Assembly: GCA_010093995.1 (NCBI GenBank)
Contig: ML992502.1
Span: 1,406,711-1,457,119, forward strand
Reading direction: 5' to 3'
Source of the DNA: Elsinoe ampelina
Taxonomy: Eukaryota
Length of the DNA stretch: 50,409 bases
A model generated the notes under the pieces. That model saw nothing but the letters and a program-made list of their open reading frames with translations, did not search any database and was not told the origin of the DNA. A program made the translations under genes and the position numbers. Below, piece after piece: positions 1-11,600 of this stretch (positions within the stretch are counted from its first letter, which is position 1; each line of letters starts with the position of its first letter).

Positions 1-91
1 CCGTAGCTTGAGTATTCGCTGGTGGCATTTCCGGAGGATCTGAGGTGGGTGGCTTCGGTGCGGAATCGTGTTGAGCGGTTGTCGAAGTCAT
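1..91 (-). CDS. Possible 5' end of a gene running off the left edge (MTSTTAQHDSAPKPPTSDPPEMPPANTQAT...)
   Basis: ATG at 91 in context GCAGACATG; frame open to the window edge; divergent from the IPK gene. No domain visible. Confidence 0.3.
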   Translation of the reverse strand, partial: MTSTTAQHDSAPKPPTSDPPEMPPANTQAT

Positions 92-1039
92 GTCTGCAAT
101 TCTCGTGGCAGGCGAGCTTGATTGTCTTGTCAGTTGGAATGGAAGTCAGCAAACTCACGAAGAATGGAGCTACCAAGGGAAGGCACTCGACGGTGTTTTA
201 GGAGAGAAGTGACGACAAACGCGCAAGGATTTAAATGTCCTTCATCGGCTTGTTTGCTGCCTGACGCGAAAAGCTCTCGCATGTGCTACAAGAAGCCTGC
301 AAGGGGCATCACTTCAAGGTGAGCATTATACTTATGAGCTCGACAGCTGTTGTATGTGGCCACAAATTCTGATAGTTGTAGTTGAAGGTGAACAATGTTC
401 TAAAGTCACAATGTGAACCAGGTCCGTGGGCCAGATCGGGAAGGTCAAGCCATGACGAAACAGAGCCGCAACAGGTGCCATGTGGCGGTGGTTGTTCGTC
501 TTCCATGCAGACGCTGACACGTGTATGATCTACATGGCTTGCAGGCAAGATTTTGGGCCGCCCGACCATGCCTCGTCATTGCATCTTGATCATTACAACA
601 TTCACTCGAAGGATGAGACCAATAATGAAGTCCTTGCCGCCGACATGTGAAGAAGACCGAGCCGTGGTTACAGTCGCACATCACGGTTTCAACCAAAATT
701 GAGTGGAACCTCTGACGAAGTTCCTGCATTAGTGCCCTACGACAGCCTGTCTGGGCAAAAGATCCCCCGCGTTTGAGGTTGTGTGACAGGACGAGAGGCT
801 CAGAGGCCTAGAGGTGCCCTGCGGAAACGCGTTCGTTCACGGGAGGGGAAAAAAGGCACACGGCTCGCCATGGCCAACTACTCCTAATATCCTTGCCGTC
901 ATTTCGTCGACACCAGGAATCGCTTATCAGCTTGTCCCGTTCCCTCAATCTTGCTGCCCATCTCCATCATCCAAATCAACCCCTTGATGGCATTGCGAAC
1001 CGCACACGACCACTTCCCATTCCTATACCATTCGTGACA

Positions 1040-2136
1040 ATGACCTCGAAGCAATTTACAAAGACCAAGCTCACCGCTTTTGGTGATGCTGCAGCTGGCC
1101 AGTGAGCGTTTGCAATTATCATACATGATCACACATAGAAGCTAATAATAATTCCAGTGATGGTGTCTTGACCGATGAATCTGGTGGAGTCGTGGTCAAG
1201 CCATGCACCCCGGCTGAATTAGCATTCTACGAGGAGACGAATGCTCGCCATCCTGACTTTGCCGCCTTGATCCCAACATTTATGGGCACACTTCAGCTAG
1301 GCAAAAGTGAGCAGCTCGAACAGACCATCGCTGCTACCTCTTCTGGTCGTCCTTCATCGATCGTTCTGCCACCTTCGACCGATATCACCAGTGCTGCACG
1401 GAACGTGGATCTTGCGCCGAACACGGTCGCCTTAAGAGGCAAAGCGCTTGACACAGAAATTGGAATTGTTCTCCAGAACGTCGCCGCCGGATTCGTCAAG
1501 CCCAATATTCTGGATGTCAAACTTGGGAAGAGGTTATGGGACGATGATGCCCCCGAAGCTAAGCGTCAGAAGCTCGACAAGGTCGCCGAGGAGACGACAA
1601 GTGGATCTATGGGCTTCCGTGTGGCAGGCATGAAGGTATGGACGGGGAATGACTACAAGACCTATGATAAATTCTATGGACGACAGCTGAAACCCGACAA
1701 TGTGAAGCAAGCCTTCGAGGAGTTCTTTGACCACGCAGGCGACAATGGTGACAATGAATCCTTCGAGGATGTTTATCCTGGAGCAGTCGAGGCCGTCGAA
1801 GAAGTGGAGAGGGTCATCAGTGGCCAGGAAAGTCGCATGTACTCTGCCAGCCTTCTGTTCGTCTACGAAGGTGACCGAGCTGCTCGCCGCAATGCCATAC
1901 AATCTGTCAAGAAGGCTCAGGGGATTTCGAATGCTGGTGGCAGCCAGGTAGACAGCGCTCACGCCGCAGAAGACCTGCACGATGAGGATGATGATGGTGA
2001 TGAAGAGGGTGTCAAGCTATTCGATCTTCGGGTCATCGACTTTGCTCATGCGACATGGGTTCCTGGGGCTGGTCCCGACGAGAACATGTTGCACGGAATT
2101 CGATCGGTACTCAAAGTGATGAAGTCGATAGCTTGA
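1040..2136 (+). CDS. ARG82: Inositol polyphosphate multikinase (IPK family, Arg82/Ipk2-like); exons 1040-1101, 1158-2136
   Basis: Intron 1102-1157 (GTGAGC..GCTAAT..CAG) restores N-terminal AAGHDGV. IPK motifs PNILDVKLG (PxxxDxKxG), SASLL and VIDFAH are present. Confidence 0.9.
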
Positions 2137-2520
2137 TACCCTTGTACACGATAAACTTGGTATAGAGGATGTGCTATTAGGGAACAAAGGGTCATGATTA
2201 CAATTAGATACCCGGCAAAGATTTTCAATTCGATATTACAACATAAGGAACACCGATGAGATCAATCAAATTGTCTCTGCCCCATTCCCCAAAGTTGTGA
2301 TGGATTTGTTCTCAGGTTGACATGTGAAGCTTCATCGAGCCAACTTCACTTCAAACAATACTAATTGTCAAAAGTCGAATACCGCGCAGCACCTCGCCAA
2401 TAGTATGCGTGCCTCACATGTAACCTCTCAGCGTAGGAACCAATCAACCGCCCTTCAATATTGACCTGTGCCACCCTGTCACTAGCACTTGCGACAACTC
2501 CTTTGGACCGTCGCTGAAGT

Positions 2521-3987
2521 ATGGCGCTCCCAGGCCTTTCACTCCCAGGTCTATCTTCCACACCTCAGTCGCGAGCGACGCCGGTTCTCCCAGCTTCACT
2601 AGCACCTCCTCGGACAGAAAATGTGCCGGCGCGCAGTGAGCTCCGATTCGAGGTGGGGTTCAACAAAGTCTTCAAGATACGGCTGGTGTCTGGTATAGCG
2701 GAGATATTTGGCACAGAACTTGCACCCAATGCGACATATACCTTCAGTGGAGTCAAGGCCGCAGTGTACACATGGCATGGATGTCAATTGGAGGTCCAAG
2801 GCGAGGCAGAGAGCGAATATGTCGGCAGCGAAACAGAAGCAATGGTCGAATGGCTGAACGTGCATGGCATGTTGGATACATTACGGGAAGATGCCGGAGC
2901 CAATGGAGGACCCAGAGTGCTCATACTAGGATCAGAATCAAGTGGGAAAAGCAGTCTAGCCAAATGCTTGACCGCATACGCTCTCAAAGTCCGCCGTTCC
3001 CCAACTTACATCAACCTCGATCCTCGAGAAGGTGTCCTCGGTGTACCCTCCGCCCTCACAGCAGTAACATACACCTCCCAAATGGACATCGAAACCTCCG
3101 CCTGGGGACAAAGCAACATCTCCGGACCAACCTCCATCCTCTCCCGCACCCCTCTCATCTACCACTACCCCTTCTCCTCCCCCACCTCCCACCCGGACCT
3201 CTACAAAGCCCTCTCCACCCGCCTGGCCCTCACCACCACCCAAAAACTCGAAAACCACCCCACCCTCAAATCCTCCGGCCTCATCATCGACTCCCCACCC
3301 ACCCTCAACAACCCCCAATCCTCCTACGACATTGCCTCACACCTCATCTCCGAATTCTCCATCAACATCATCCTCGTCCTCGGCTCGGAGCGTCTCTTCA
3401 ACGACATCTCCCGGCGTCACACCGCCACCGTCCCACCGGACACCATCACCGTGCTCCGCGTCGCCAACTCCCCCGGCGCAGTGGCCCGCGACGAGGCGTT
3501 CCTGAAACAACACCGCGCGGCGCAAATCCGGTCGTATTTCTTCGGCGAACCGCGCTCGGGCATGCCGCTTAATCCGCACAGTCAGATGGTCGGGTTCGGG
3601 GAGCTGAGTATTTACCGTGTCGTGGATCCGCACGCGGGTAGTATGAAGGCGGACTTTCTGCCGGGGGCGGACGAGGATGAGGAGGAGGAGGAGGAGTATG
3701 AGCCTGGTGGTGTTGCCGGGGCGGGGACAGGGGCGGGGAGCAGGGAGTTGGAGAAGGTGGAGCCGAGTCAGGCGCTGCTTAATAGTGTGTTGGCGATCAA
3801 GTTCGCGAGTGATGCGGATGGGAAGGAGAGGATCAGGGATGCGGCGGTCATGGGGTTTGTGTATGTTGCTGAGGTGGATGAGGGGAGGAAGAGGGTGAGG
3901 TTCTTGTCACCGCATCCTGGTAGGTGGGGGGATAGGGTGTTGGTTGTTGGGCAGTGGCCGGAGAGCGTGGCGGATTTGGTGTCGTAA
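2521..3987 (+). CDS. CLP1: mRNA cleavage/polyadenylation factor Clp1 (polynucleotide kinase-fold P-loop protein), 488 aa
   Basis: N-terminal ELRFEV..G.AEIFGTELA..AVYTWHGC, P-loop GSESSGKSS, INLDPREG, C-terminal GFVYVAEVD...LSP. Confidence 0.93.
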   Translation: MALPGLSLPGLSSTPQSRATPVLPASLAPPRTENVPARSELRFEVGFNKVFKIRLVSGIAEIFGTELAPNATYTFSGVKAAVYTWHGCQLEVQGEAESEYVGSETEAMVEWLNVHGMLDTLREDAGANGGPRVLILGSESSGKSSLAKCLTAYALKVRRSPTYINLDPREGVLGVPSALTAVTYTSQMDIETSAWGQSNISGPTSILSRTPLIYHYPFSSPTSHPDLYKALSTRLALTTTQKLENHPTLKSSGLIIDSPPTLNNPQSSYDIASHLISEFSINIILVLGSERLFNDISRRHTATVPPDTITVLRVANSPGAVARDEAFLKQHRAAQIRSYFFGEPRSGMPLNPHSQMVGFGELSIYRVVDPHAGSMKADFLPGADEDEEEEEEYEPGGVAGAGTGAGSRELEKVEPSQALLNSVLAIKFASDADGKERIRDAAVMGFVYVAEVDEGRKRVRFLSPHPGRWGDRVLVVGQWPESVADLVS

Positions 3988-4279
3988 TGATGGACGGACA
4001 TGAAAATGTTCAGAAGTGTATTATATCACAAAGGCTCAAGCTAGATACTACAAGGACACAGAGTAGAGCTCTGGATCATGAATCATGGCCACGCCCCATG
4101 CAGTCCCCCAACCTGTCTTGTGCATTGTGTTCGTACACCGACTGACTGGCACAAAGATAGAGTTGAGATCCTCCCAGTCTTTCCAGCCTCTGTTTGGCTA
4201 TCGAAGCTTCTCCACCTCACGACGACCACTCCATTTCCTGTCTTTGTATCTCTTCCCAGCTCTCCTCCAACTCCGACCT

Positions 4280-4859
4280 TCATTCGACAGTCGCAGATCC
4301 TGCGTCCGAAGCCCGGCTGCTGCCCACGGGTATGCTGCTGTCAATCGCAATCATCTCGGCCAGGATATCCAGGATAGGCTACACCTTGTCAGCACGCCAT
4401 CCACAACCTCCACAGAAACCAACTCACCTTGCTAACCGTCTTGTCATAGATACTGATCAGCTCCCTAGGCTGCGGGTACACCTTGAGCGCCCTGTAAAAG
4501 CACAACGCAGCATCCACCGGATCACTCCCATCACTCGTCATCGTCTCGCCCCTCTCCACCTCCTGCATGAAATAGGTCTCCGTCTTCTCCGGGTCTGTCG
4601 GGAAGCCGTCCGCGTTGGCCTCGTCCACGGCGGCGCGTATCCGCTGCGCCCGCTCCTTCTCCGCCGAAATAGCACTGATCTTTTCTTGCTTTGATACCTT
4701 CTTCTGGGCGGCTTTGAGGGAGCGTCGGAAGCTAGCGTCGTTCCGGCGTCGGTAGTCGAAGTAGGCGGCGTAGCCGAGGGTGAGGGCTGTGAGGGTGCCG
4801 ATGGAGGCGAGGACTATGGTGCTGGTCGAGATGGATTGTGAGGAGGTTGTGGACGCCAT
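4280..4859 (-). CDS. TOM20: Mitochondrial import receptor Tom20; exons 4859-4428, 4378-4280
   Basis: N-terminal TM anchor followed by GYAAYFDYRRRNDASFRR, and AALCFYRALKVYPQPRELISIYDKTV. Intron 4427-4379 (GTGAGT..CTGAC..TAG) gives C-terminal PILDILAEMIA..., stop at 4282-4280. Confidence 0.95.
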
Positions 4860-5158
4860 TGTGGGAGACGGACGTGATGATCCAGATTGTGAGGGCTTTG
4901 TCGTCGGTCGTGAGAGCGTAGGTGGCCCGTCCGGCGGTGTGATGGGAGATGTTCGGAGGATGGAAATGCAAATGCAAGTTTCTCGAAAAGTGAGGTTAAG
5001 GCCTCAGTGATCTCAACTTTTTGCGGCAAGCTCTCTGGGTCTTGGCGCGATGTGTGGTCAAAGCTTCACTGCATCTAACACCGTTCATGTCAACCTCCGA
5101 CACGTGCATAGGTCGAATTGACCCAGGATACATCCCGACTCTCGGAAACTGACCGAAG
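4860..5158. promoter_or_regulatory. Compact (~300 bp) divergent promoter region shared by TOM20 and EXO84
   Basis: Start codons at 4859 (-) and 5159 (+) face away from each other; bidirectional activity is inferred. Confidence 0.55.
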
Positions 5159-7455
5159 ATGTCGGACGAGAAGAAGGGAATCTCCCTTCGCAAAAAGAAG
5201 GGCAGCAATCGTCCCAAGATCAGCGCCCCTCGACCGGTCCCGGAAGATGGTACACCTGGACATACCCCCGATATGGGGAGCGCGCCATTCGAGCCACCAC
5301 CACTGCAGCGTGTTGAGACGAGTCAGAGCAGCTTGCGATCAAGACCTTCCATGACAGCGGACAGGACTGCGGATCTGGTGAAGAGACGATACTCGACAAG
5401 ATTCGTGGGATACCCGCATGATGATAGACTGGCTCCTCCTATGCCGGCAATGCCGTCGCTGCCGACCGAATACCAGTCTGTCAAGTCGGCACCTCCGTCA
5501 AGAGATGGAAAGCCTCCAGAGTCAGGTGTAAAGGCGTTGAAGGTCGATATCAGGGCTTTGAGAGACCCGAACCTGAAGCCGGACCAATGTTCGTCACAAA
5601 GATATGGCAGGTAGAATAGGCACTGACATGTCCAGATATCGCTCACATACTGGCCGATGCGGACGAGCAGGATATCGCCAACTATCAGACCGAGCTGCGT
5701 AAGCTCAAGAATAGGACTTCGACGGATTTGCAGCACAATGTCTACCAGAATCGCACACAGTTCATCAAGATCTCGAAAGAAGCGGAGAAGCTAAAGACCG
5801 AGATGAGGACGTTACGAGGGCTTATGTCAGAGATGACTTCTGCTTTACATCAAGCTGCTCAGGCTGGAGGTGCTGAAGTGTCGGCCATGTCAGTCGCGGA
5901 CAGGAAGAGAGCAAATCGATCATCAGTCGCCAACCTGGAAGCACTCTGGTCAACGCAGCTGCAAGCACTGTGGAAGCGTGTGGAGGGTGCGCAAAAATAT
6001 CTGCCTGCGGTTCCTGGCCGACACATCCTATACGAATCGTCTCGCTGGGTAGAACTCAACGCGGCAACCTGGAAGCCTCGACGACGAGTACATCTCATCC
6101 TGCTAAATGACCACCTTTTAATCGCCACGGAGAAGAAGCGGGCCGAAGGTCTCCCATCGACGTCACCCAACCTCTCATCCAACCGCCGTGTCTCCATGTA
6201 CGGCGCCCACTCCGCCTCCAACCCCACCACCCTCGTAGCCGACCGCTGCTTTCCCCTCTCCGACATCACCATGTCCGACATCTCTCGCTCGGCTCCTACC
6301 CCATCAGACCCCAAACGCTCCCCCGTCAGCAACGCCATCACGGTCCGCTCCGCCACCGAATCCTTCACCTTCGCCACAGGCAACAGCAACGACTCGTCCG
6401 CCGAGAAGAACACCCTCCTAGTCTCCTTCCGCAAAGCCTCGGAAGAACTCCGCAAAACTCTCGCCCTCGAACACGGCGACCGCGAACGCCAACTCTCCGT
6501 CTCCCTCGACCTCCTCTCCCCCGCCTCGGCCGCCTCCTCCGGCGACCGCCGCGGGTCCTCCACCCGCTCCTCCCCCCTCCTGGGCTTCTCCTCGGACCGC
6601 TTCGGCGGCGGCGGCGCCATGATCGACGTCGACGGCCGGCCCCAACCCATCCGCTGGGTGGAAACCCAGATCGACGCGCTGGACATCGACATTGCCCTGC
6701 AACGCTTCGAGGACGCCGTGGCCCGGGTGGAGAAACTGCGCCGCCTCGCCCGCTCGATCCGCGGCAACGCCGCCGCGCAGGAACTCTTCCTGGCCAAGAT
6801 CGACGAGCGCGCCGGCCGCCTCGCGGCCGTCATCTGCCGGCGTCTCCGCCTGGGCTCCTCCGGCGCGGACAAGACCAGGGAAAACGCCGCCTTCCTCCTC
6901 AGGCTGGGCATGGACGACCTCGCCGTGCGCGAGTACCTCGCTTCCCGCACGCATGTCCTCCGGCAACGCACGCGCCAGCTCCCCTTCACGGGCGCGTTGG
7001 CGCCCCACGTGCGCGCGTTGAGCTACATTGTTTTCACGGTCGTGTTGCATACTTTCCGCACGTTCGCGGCGAGTTTCCAGGGGACGAATTACACTTCTGC
7101 CGTGGTCAAGTGGGCCAAGGAGAGGGTGGATGAGTTTAACGAGATGCTGGGGCGGCAGCTGAGCAGTGTGCCGCAGGGAGGCGGGTTGTGGGAGGAGTGT
7201 CTGGGGATCGCGAGGGAGCAGTGTAGGGTGCTCAAGGAGGTGGGGGTGGATTTTGAGGGGTTCGTGGGGAGGGGGATAGAGGGGATCGGGGAGGTCGGAG
7301 AGGTGACGAATGGGGTAGGAGGGTTGAGGGTTAATGGGCAGGTGAATGGAGGGCTGAGTGTACCGAGTCCGGGCGTGGAGGCAAGGAGTCCGATGGATGA
7401 GGAGGGGAGAAGGTTGGGTAGCAAAGGAGTGGGAGTTGGGAAGAGGATGTTCTGA
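5159..7455 (+). CDS. EXO84: Exocyst subunit Exo84; exons 5159-5588, 5636-7455
   Basis: Intron 5589-5635 (GTTCGT..CTGAC..CAG) joins ORFs 5159-5614 and 5728-7455. Motifs ADLVKRRYSTRF, DLQHNVYQNRTQFIKISKEAEKLK, PH-like WVELNAATWKPRR..HLILLNDHLL, and IDALDIDIALQRFEDAV. Confidence 0.93.
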
Positions 7456-7693
7456 GGGACGGCAGGTTATAAGATGTTTAACAGACACTGTCGAGAGCAA
7501 CACAATGTACTCAAAGCAGAACAGAAGCATCTTCGAAGAATGACATATCATCAATACGTGATTACCAAAAGCCTACAAACGCCTGACGACCCAACCTGAA
7601 GATGATGGAACTGCTGACCAAAAAAGTGAGATTCGTAGGGTAACGGCGACCACAGTCGCGCTCGTCAAGGTTGTGGCCAATGCCGTATCCGCA

Positions 7694-10600
7694 TTACAAG
7701 CCCAGGAATGCAAGCTGGGCAAGTACGGCAACAATCGCAAGAGGGTAGCCAGCTCCGATTTGGATCTCAACAGAGTCGGCACCAGAGTCCAAGCTAGGCG
7801 ACGAGGGAGCGGACCCTCCGCTCGGATTTTCGCCGGATCCTGAAGGACCAGTAGGAACGGCATGAGGCTTGTCGCCATGGCTGCTTGCAGAGGCCGACGA
7901 AGAAGCGGTCGAGGTCGCTGATGACGGCGAAACTCTCACTAATCCATCCTTGGCTGTCGACACCATTGACACTGCGGAGGTCGCTGCAGCTGACGGCAAT
8001 GACTCGGGATTTGCAGGGTGGTCACCTTCATTGGAACCTTGTGAGGCAGCCTGTGATGGAGTGATATTGTCACCGTTGTCATTGGCAGGACCAGCAGCTG
8101 GGACAGGTTGTGGTGTAGTAGACGATGATGGTTGGTCTTTTGCTGCGGACGGAGCTGGCCCTGGAGACTGCGAGAGAGTCGTCGTGGCAGAAGCAATCCG
8201 GACTGGCGTAAGGATTGACCATTGGATAGGATACGCCGATGGCTTGGCTGGAGATGCAGACAGAGGTACAGACGAAGTGCCCGAAGGACATGACGTTTTC
8301 GCCGTCTTGGCCGCTGGAACTGTTGAGGAGCTTGGTATCTGCACAGCAGGCGATGGCGGTGAGACCACAGCAGATGACTTTGCGGGAGGCGAAGCGGTTG
8401 AGGTGATTGTCACCGTTGGCGTAGGCCTGGTGGAAGTCAAAGTTACCACTGACGGAACCGCACTCGAGGTTGTATGGACACTGCATTGACTGCACAGCCT
8501 GGTGGTATAGGTGACAAAGCTGGTTGTACTTGTCGTGTGGTATTGCACCGCGGGAGGCTGTGGTACGACCGAGCTGGTGACGGTCACAACAGAAGAGACG
8601 ACTTTGGTAGTCGTATGCTCCGGGCAAATTGGACATCGCCGAGTTGTGAAGGTGGCGATGCTCGTCAAGGTTGTGGTGGGACGTGGGACGACAGGAATCT
8701 TTGGCGACACAATGGTATGGACAGGTACAAAGGTCGAGACTGACACGCTAATACTCGTCTTTGCCGGGCAAATTAGGCACTCACGGGTTGTGAAGGTGAC
8801 CGTCTTGGTGATAGTGACCGGATGTGGGGGCTGGACCACGGGGGTTGATGGGCGCTGGGTGCTGGCAGGCGGTCCTTTGGTCACAGTTGAAGATGTGGAG
8901 GTTAGACCTGGAAGTGTGTCAGCTTTGAAAATTCTCGAAGGCAGCTGTACTCACTGCAGGGAACAATGATCTTGGAAGTGACCGCAGATCCAGAAATCGT
9001 GTCGACCGTGAGGCTTGTCCGACCAGTGCAGCCAATCGTTGTCGGGGATGAGATAGTGGTCAAGTGCGAGGTCCCAGGACTTGGGAGTTGAATCACCGGG
9101 GTCGAGGCACTGATAATTGTCTTCGTGATGGTAGTCAAACCTCCCGGACAAGCGTGGCAGGGTATTGTCTGGTTGATGTAGACAGTGGTAGGAACCGGCT
9201 TCTCATGCATGGTGAGCGTGGTATTGGAGCCCGACATGGTAAGCGTCTTTGACAATGTGATTGGCGGTGGCATCTGGTGTAGGGTGAGCGTACTGTTGGA
9301 TCCTGACATGGTCACGGTCCTCGAGAAGGTGATGAGCGATGGCAGCGGGGTGATGGTCTTTGTGACTGTCTTCTCGATGGTGGAGTCGCCGCGGACGATC
9401 GTGCGGACCGAAGTGACGGTCAATGGCTCCGGAGTGATGAACCGCGTGGCTGGCGTCAGCGTCAAAGTGCGGTTCATTGTAATTTCCTTGGACAAGACCA
9501 TGACGGAGATTGGCGGAGTCACAGTTTCAGTGCTCGCGGACAAGGTCACGGTCTGGTTCTTGGTGACCGGCACGGATCTGACAATGGTTGAAGGATCTGG
9601 AGTGATGGTGCGAGTGACTCCGGAGCCAATGATCGTCCTGTTGTAAGTCACTGGTATTGGTTCGTGGATGGTGTATGGCCGACCAGCGCGAGTGGTTGTG
9701 ACGGTCGCGATATCAGTCTCTGTCGACACGGAGACGGTCCCGTTCTTGGTGACTGTGACTGGAGATGCAACAGTGGTCGTGAAGGTCACAGTCTCGGTCT
9801 CAGGCGCCGGAGTGAAGGTCGACACAAATGTGGATCCGTTCTTGGTGACTGTGCTGACAGGAGCGACTGTGATCGGGAAAATGACGGTCTCTGTTTCTGC
9901 AGGCTTGGTCAGAGTAGAGATGCCCGTCACTGTTGATACCAAGGTTGAGCCATTCCGTGTGAGTGTGCTGAGCGAGGTCACCGTCATAGGGACGAAGACA
10001 GTCTCGGCCCCAGTAGATTCAGTGACAGTGGAAGCAGGCTTGCTGAGGGTGACTGTCTCGCGGAGCTCCTGCGTCTTGACCTGTTGTATCGTGGTGGTAA
10101 CCAATGAAATCACCGTTGCTGTGGAGTTTGTGCCGGGCAAGGTAGAGAAGACTGTGGTCGGCACGATCGTGGTGATCGGCGGCTCGCTACGTGTGCGGGT
10201 GACGGTGTGCAGGTGGACTGATGAGGGGCTGCTGACTGAGACGGTGAGGGTTTCCTTGACAATGGTGTAGCTGATGGATGGCACTGTGACGGTATGTGGT
10301 GGATTATGCACCGTCTGTGTCTTGGTCTCGAAAAGTGTCGTCACCGGCGGGACAGTCTTTGTCAATATTCTTCGAGTAGTATCACCACCGTGGAGAGTCA
10401 CTGTTCTGGTTCCGAGTAGTAGCGTCGTTGTCTTTCCAATCGTCTCCGTCTCGGTCGTTCGTGTAAGACGTCCGCCATCCAGCGTGGTGGTTCGGCTTTC
10501 GGTGGTGACGGTACCAGCAATGATGGTGGAGGTTTTGGTGGTCAAAACGATATGCCCAGTGACAGTTCTGGTGGAGCCTGTAATGGGAAGTTTCACTGTC

Positions 10601-10772
10601 TCGGTGACGGTCCGGACATTGGTTGGTGCCGTCCTCAGAGAAGTCGAGTTATCTGTTGAATCATGTCAGTATACTGGTATGGACAAGCTGGAAGAATCTT
10701 ACTGTCGCTTCGTCTTGCTAGACCATCGGTGAATATCGCCAGCCCTATGCTGCCGAGTCGTCCAAGATGCAT
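7694..10772 (-). CDS. Thr/Ser/Pro-rich, probably GPI-anchored cell-wall mucin/adhesin-like protein (~993 aa); exons 10772-10703, 10652-8955, 8907-7694
   Basis: Introns 10702-10653 (GTAAGA..CTGAC..CAG) and 8954-8908 (GTGAGT..CTGAC..CAG) join the ORFs in frame. Thr-rich body with many NxS/T sequons; hydrophobic C-terminal tail DSGA...YPLAIVAVLAQLAFLGL. The N-terminal signal peptide is short and weak. Confidence 0.8.
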
Positions 10773-11600
10773 GGTGCTTGTCTGCACTTTGTATCGCTTG
10801 ATGCACCAATTCGATTCTCTCGTACCAGATGAACAGGCTATGGGTCGAAGAATGCTTGATACAAATGGAACGAGGAAACGGACAATATGAATGTGATTAT
10901 ACCGAATGGTATTTGGAATTGATGATGTTGAGATGCATGAGAAGTATGATAGTGGATCAACTTAGCAGAAGTGTAGGAGCCTTCGAAAGTCACTCGCAAG
11001 GAAGGTGCGGGTCAAGAGGGAGTTGCCATTCGCGACAAGCATAGCAAGGGCGAAGTAGACTCTGAACAATTGATGCTTGATCTCCTGTGTCGAGAACCTC
11101 ACTGGTCGTACGTCCACCATTGGAAGCAAGCACGCGCTGCTCGCGGCAGTCCATTGTACCATCCGACAGGTGTAGATGATCCTCTGAACAGAGTGTAGAG
11201 CTCGTCGGCACCGTTGTTGAGCATCTCGTATAACAACGAGATGCACGCTCAAACGGGTCCAACTTTGAAGAGAAAGAGAGGACGCAGCCAAAGCGTTTTA
11301 TACAGCTGCGGCTCTGCTTCGTGAGTTGAGTTGAGCACGGGCTTCGGAATTGAGATGCACGGCCCCGCATCGGATCGAAGCTGCCTGAGACGCCTGATGA
11401 GCGATCTCGGTACTGTATTAAGTAATAAGTAATGAATCTCCCATCGCTGCCCAAGATCTAGAAAGCTTAAAAAGCTACCGCATCGTCTTTCATTTGTAAC
11501 TTTTCGGTCACAGTCCCTACGAAACACTTCATATATCAGGTCACGAACGATCCTCACCACCACCTTCTCGTCGACGGTATCCAATCAAGCATCAACTCCA

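Noticed and set aside
5859..7554. Long antisense ORFs (376 and 378 aa) over EXO84
   Set aside because: Shadow ORFs caused by the strong C/G third-position bias of the real gene; no domain features.
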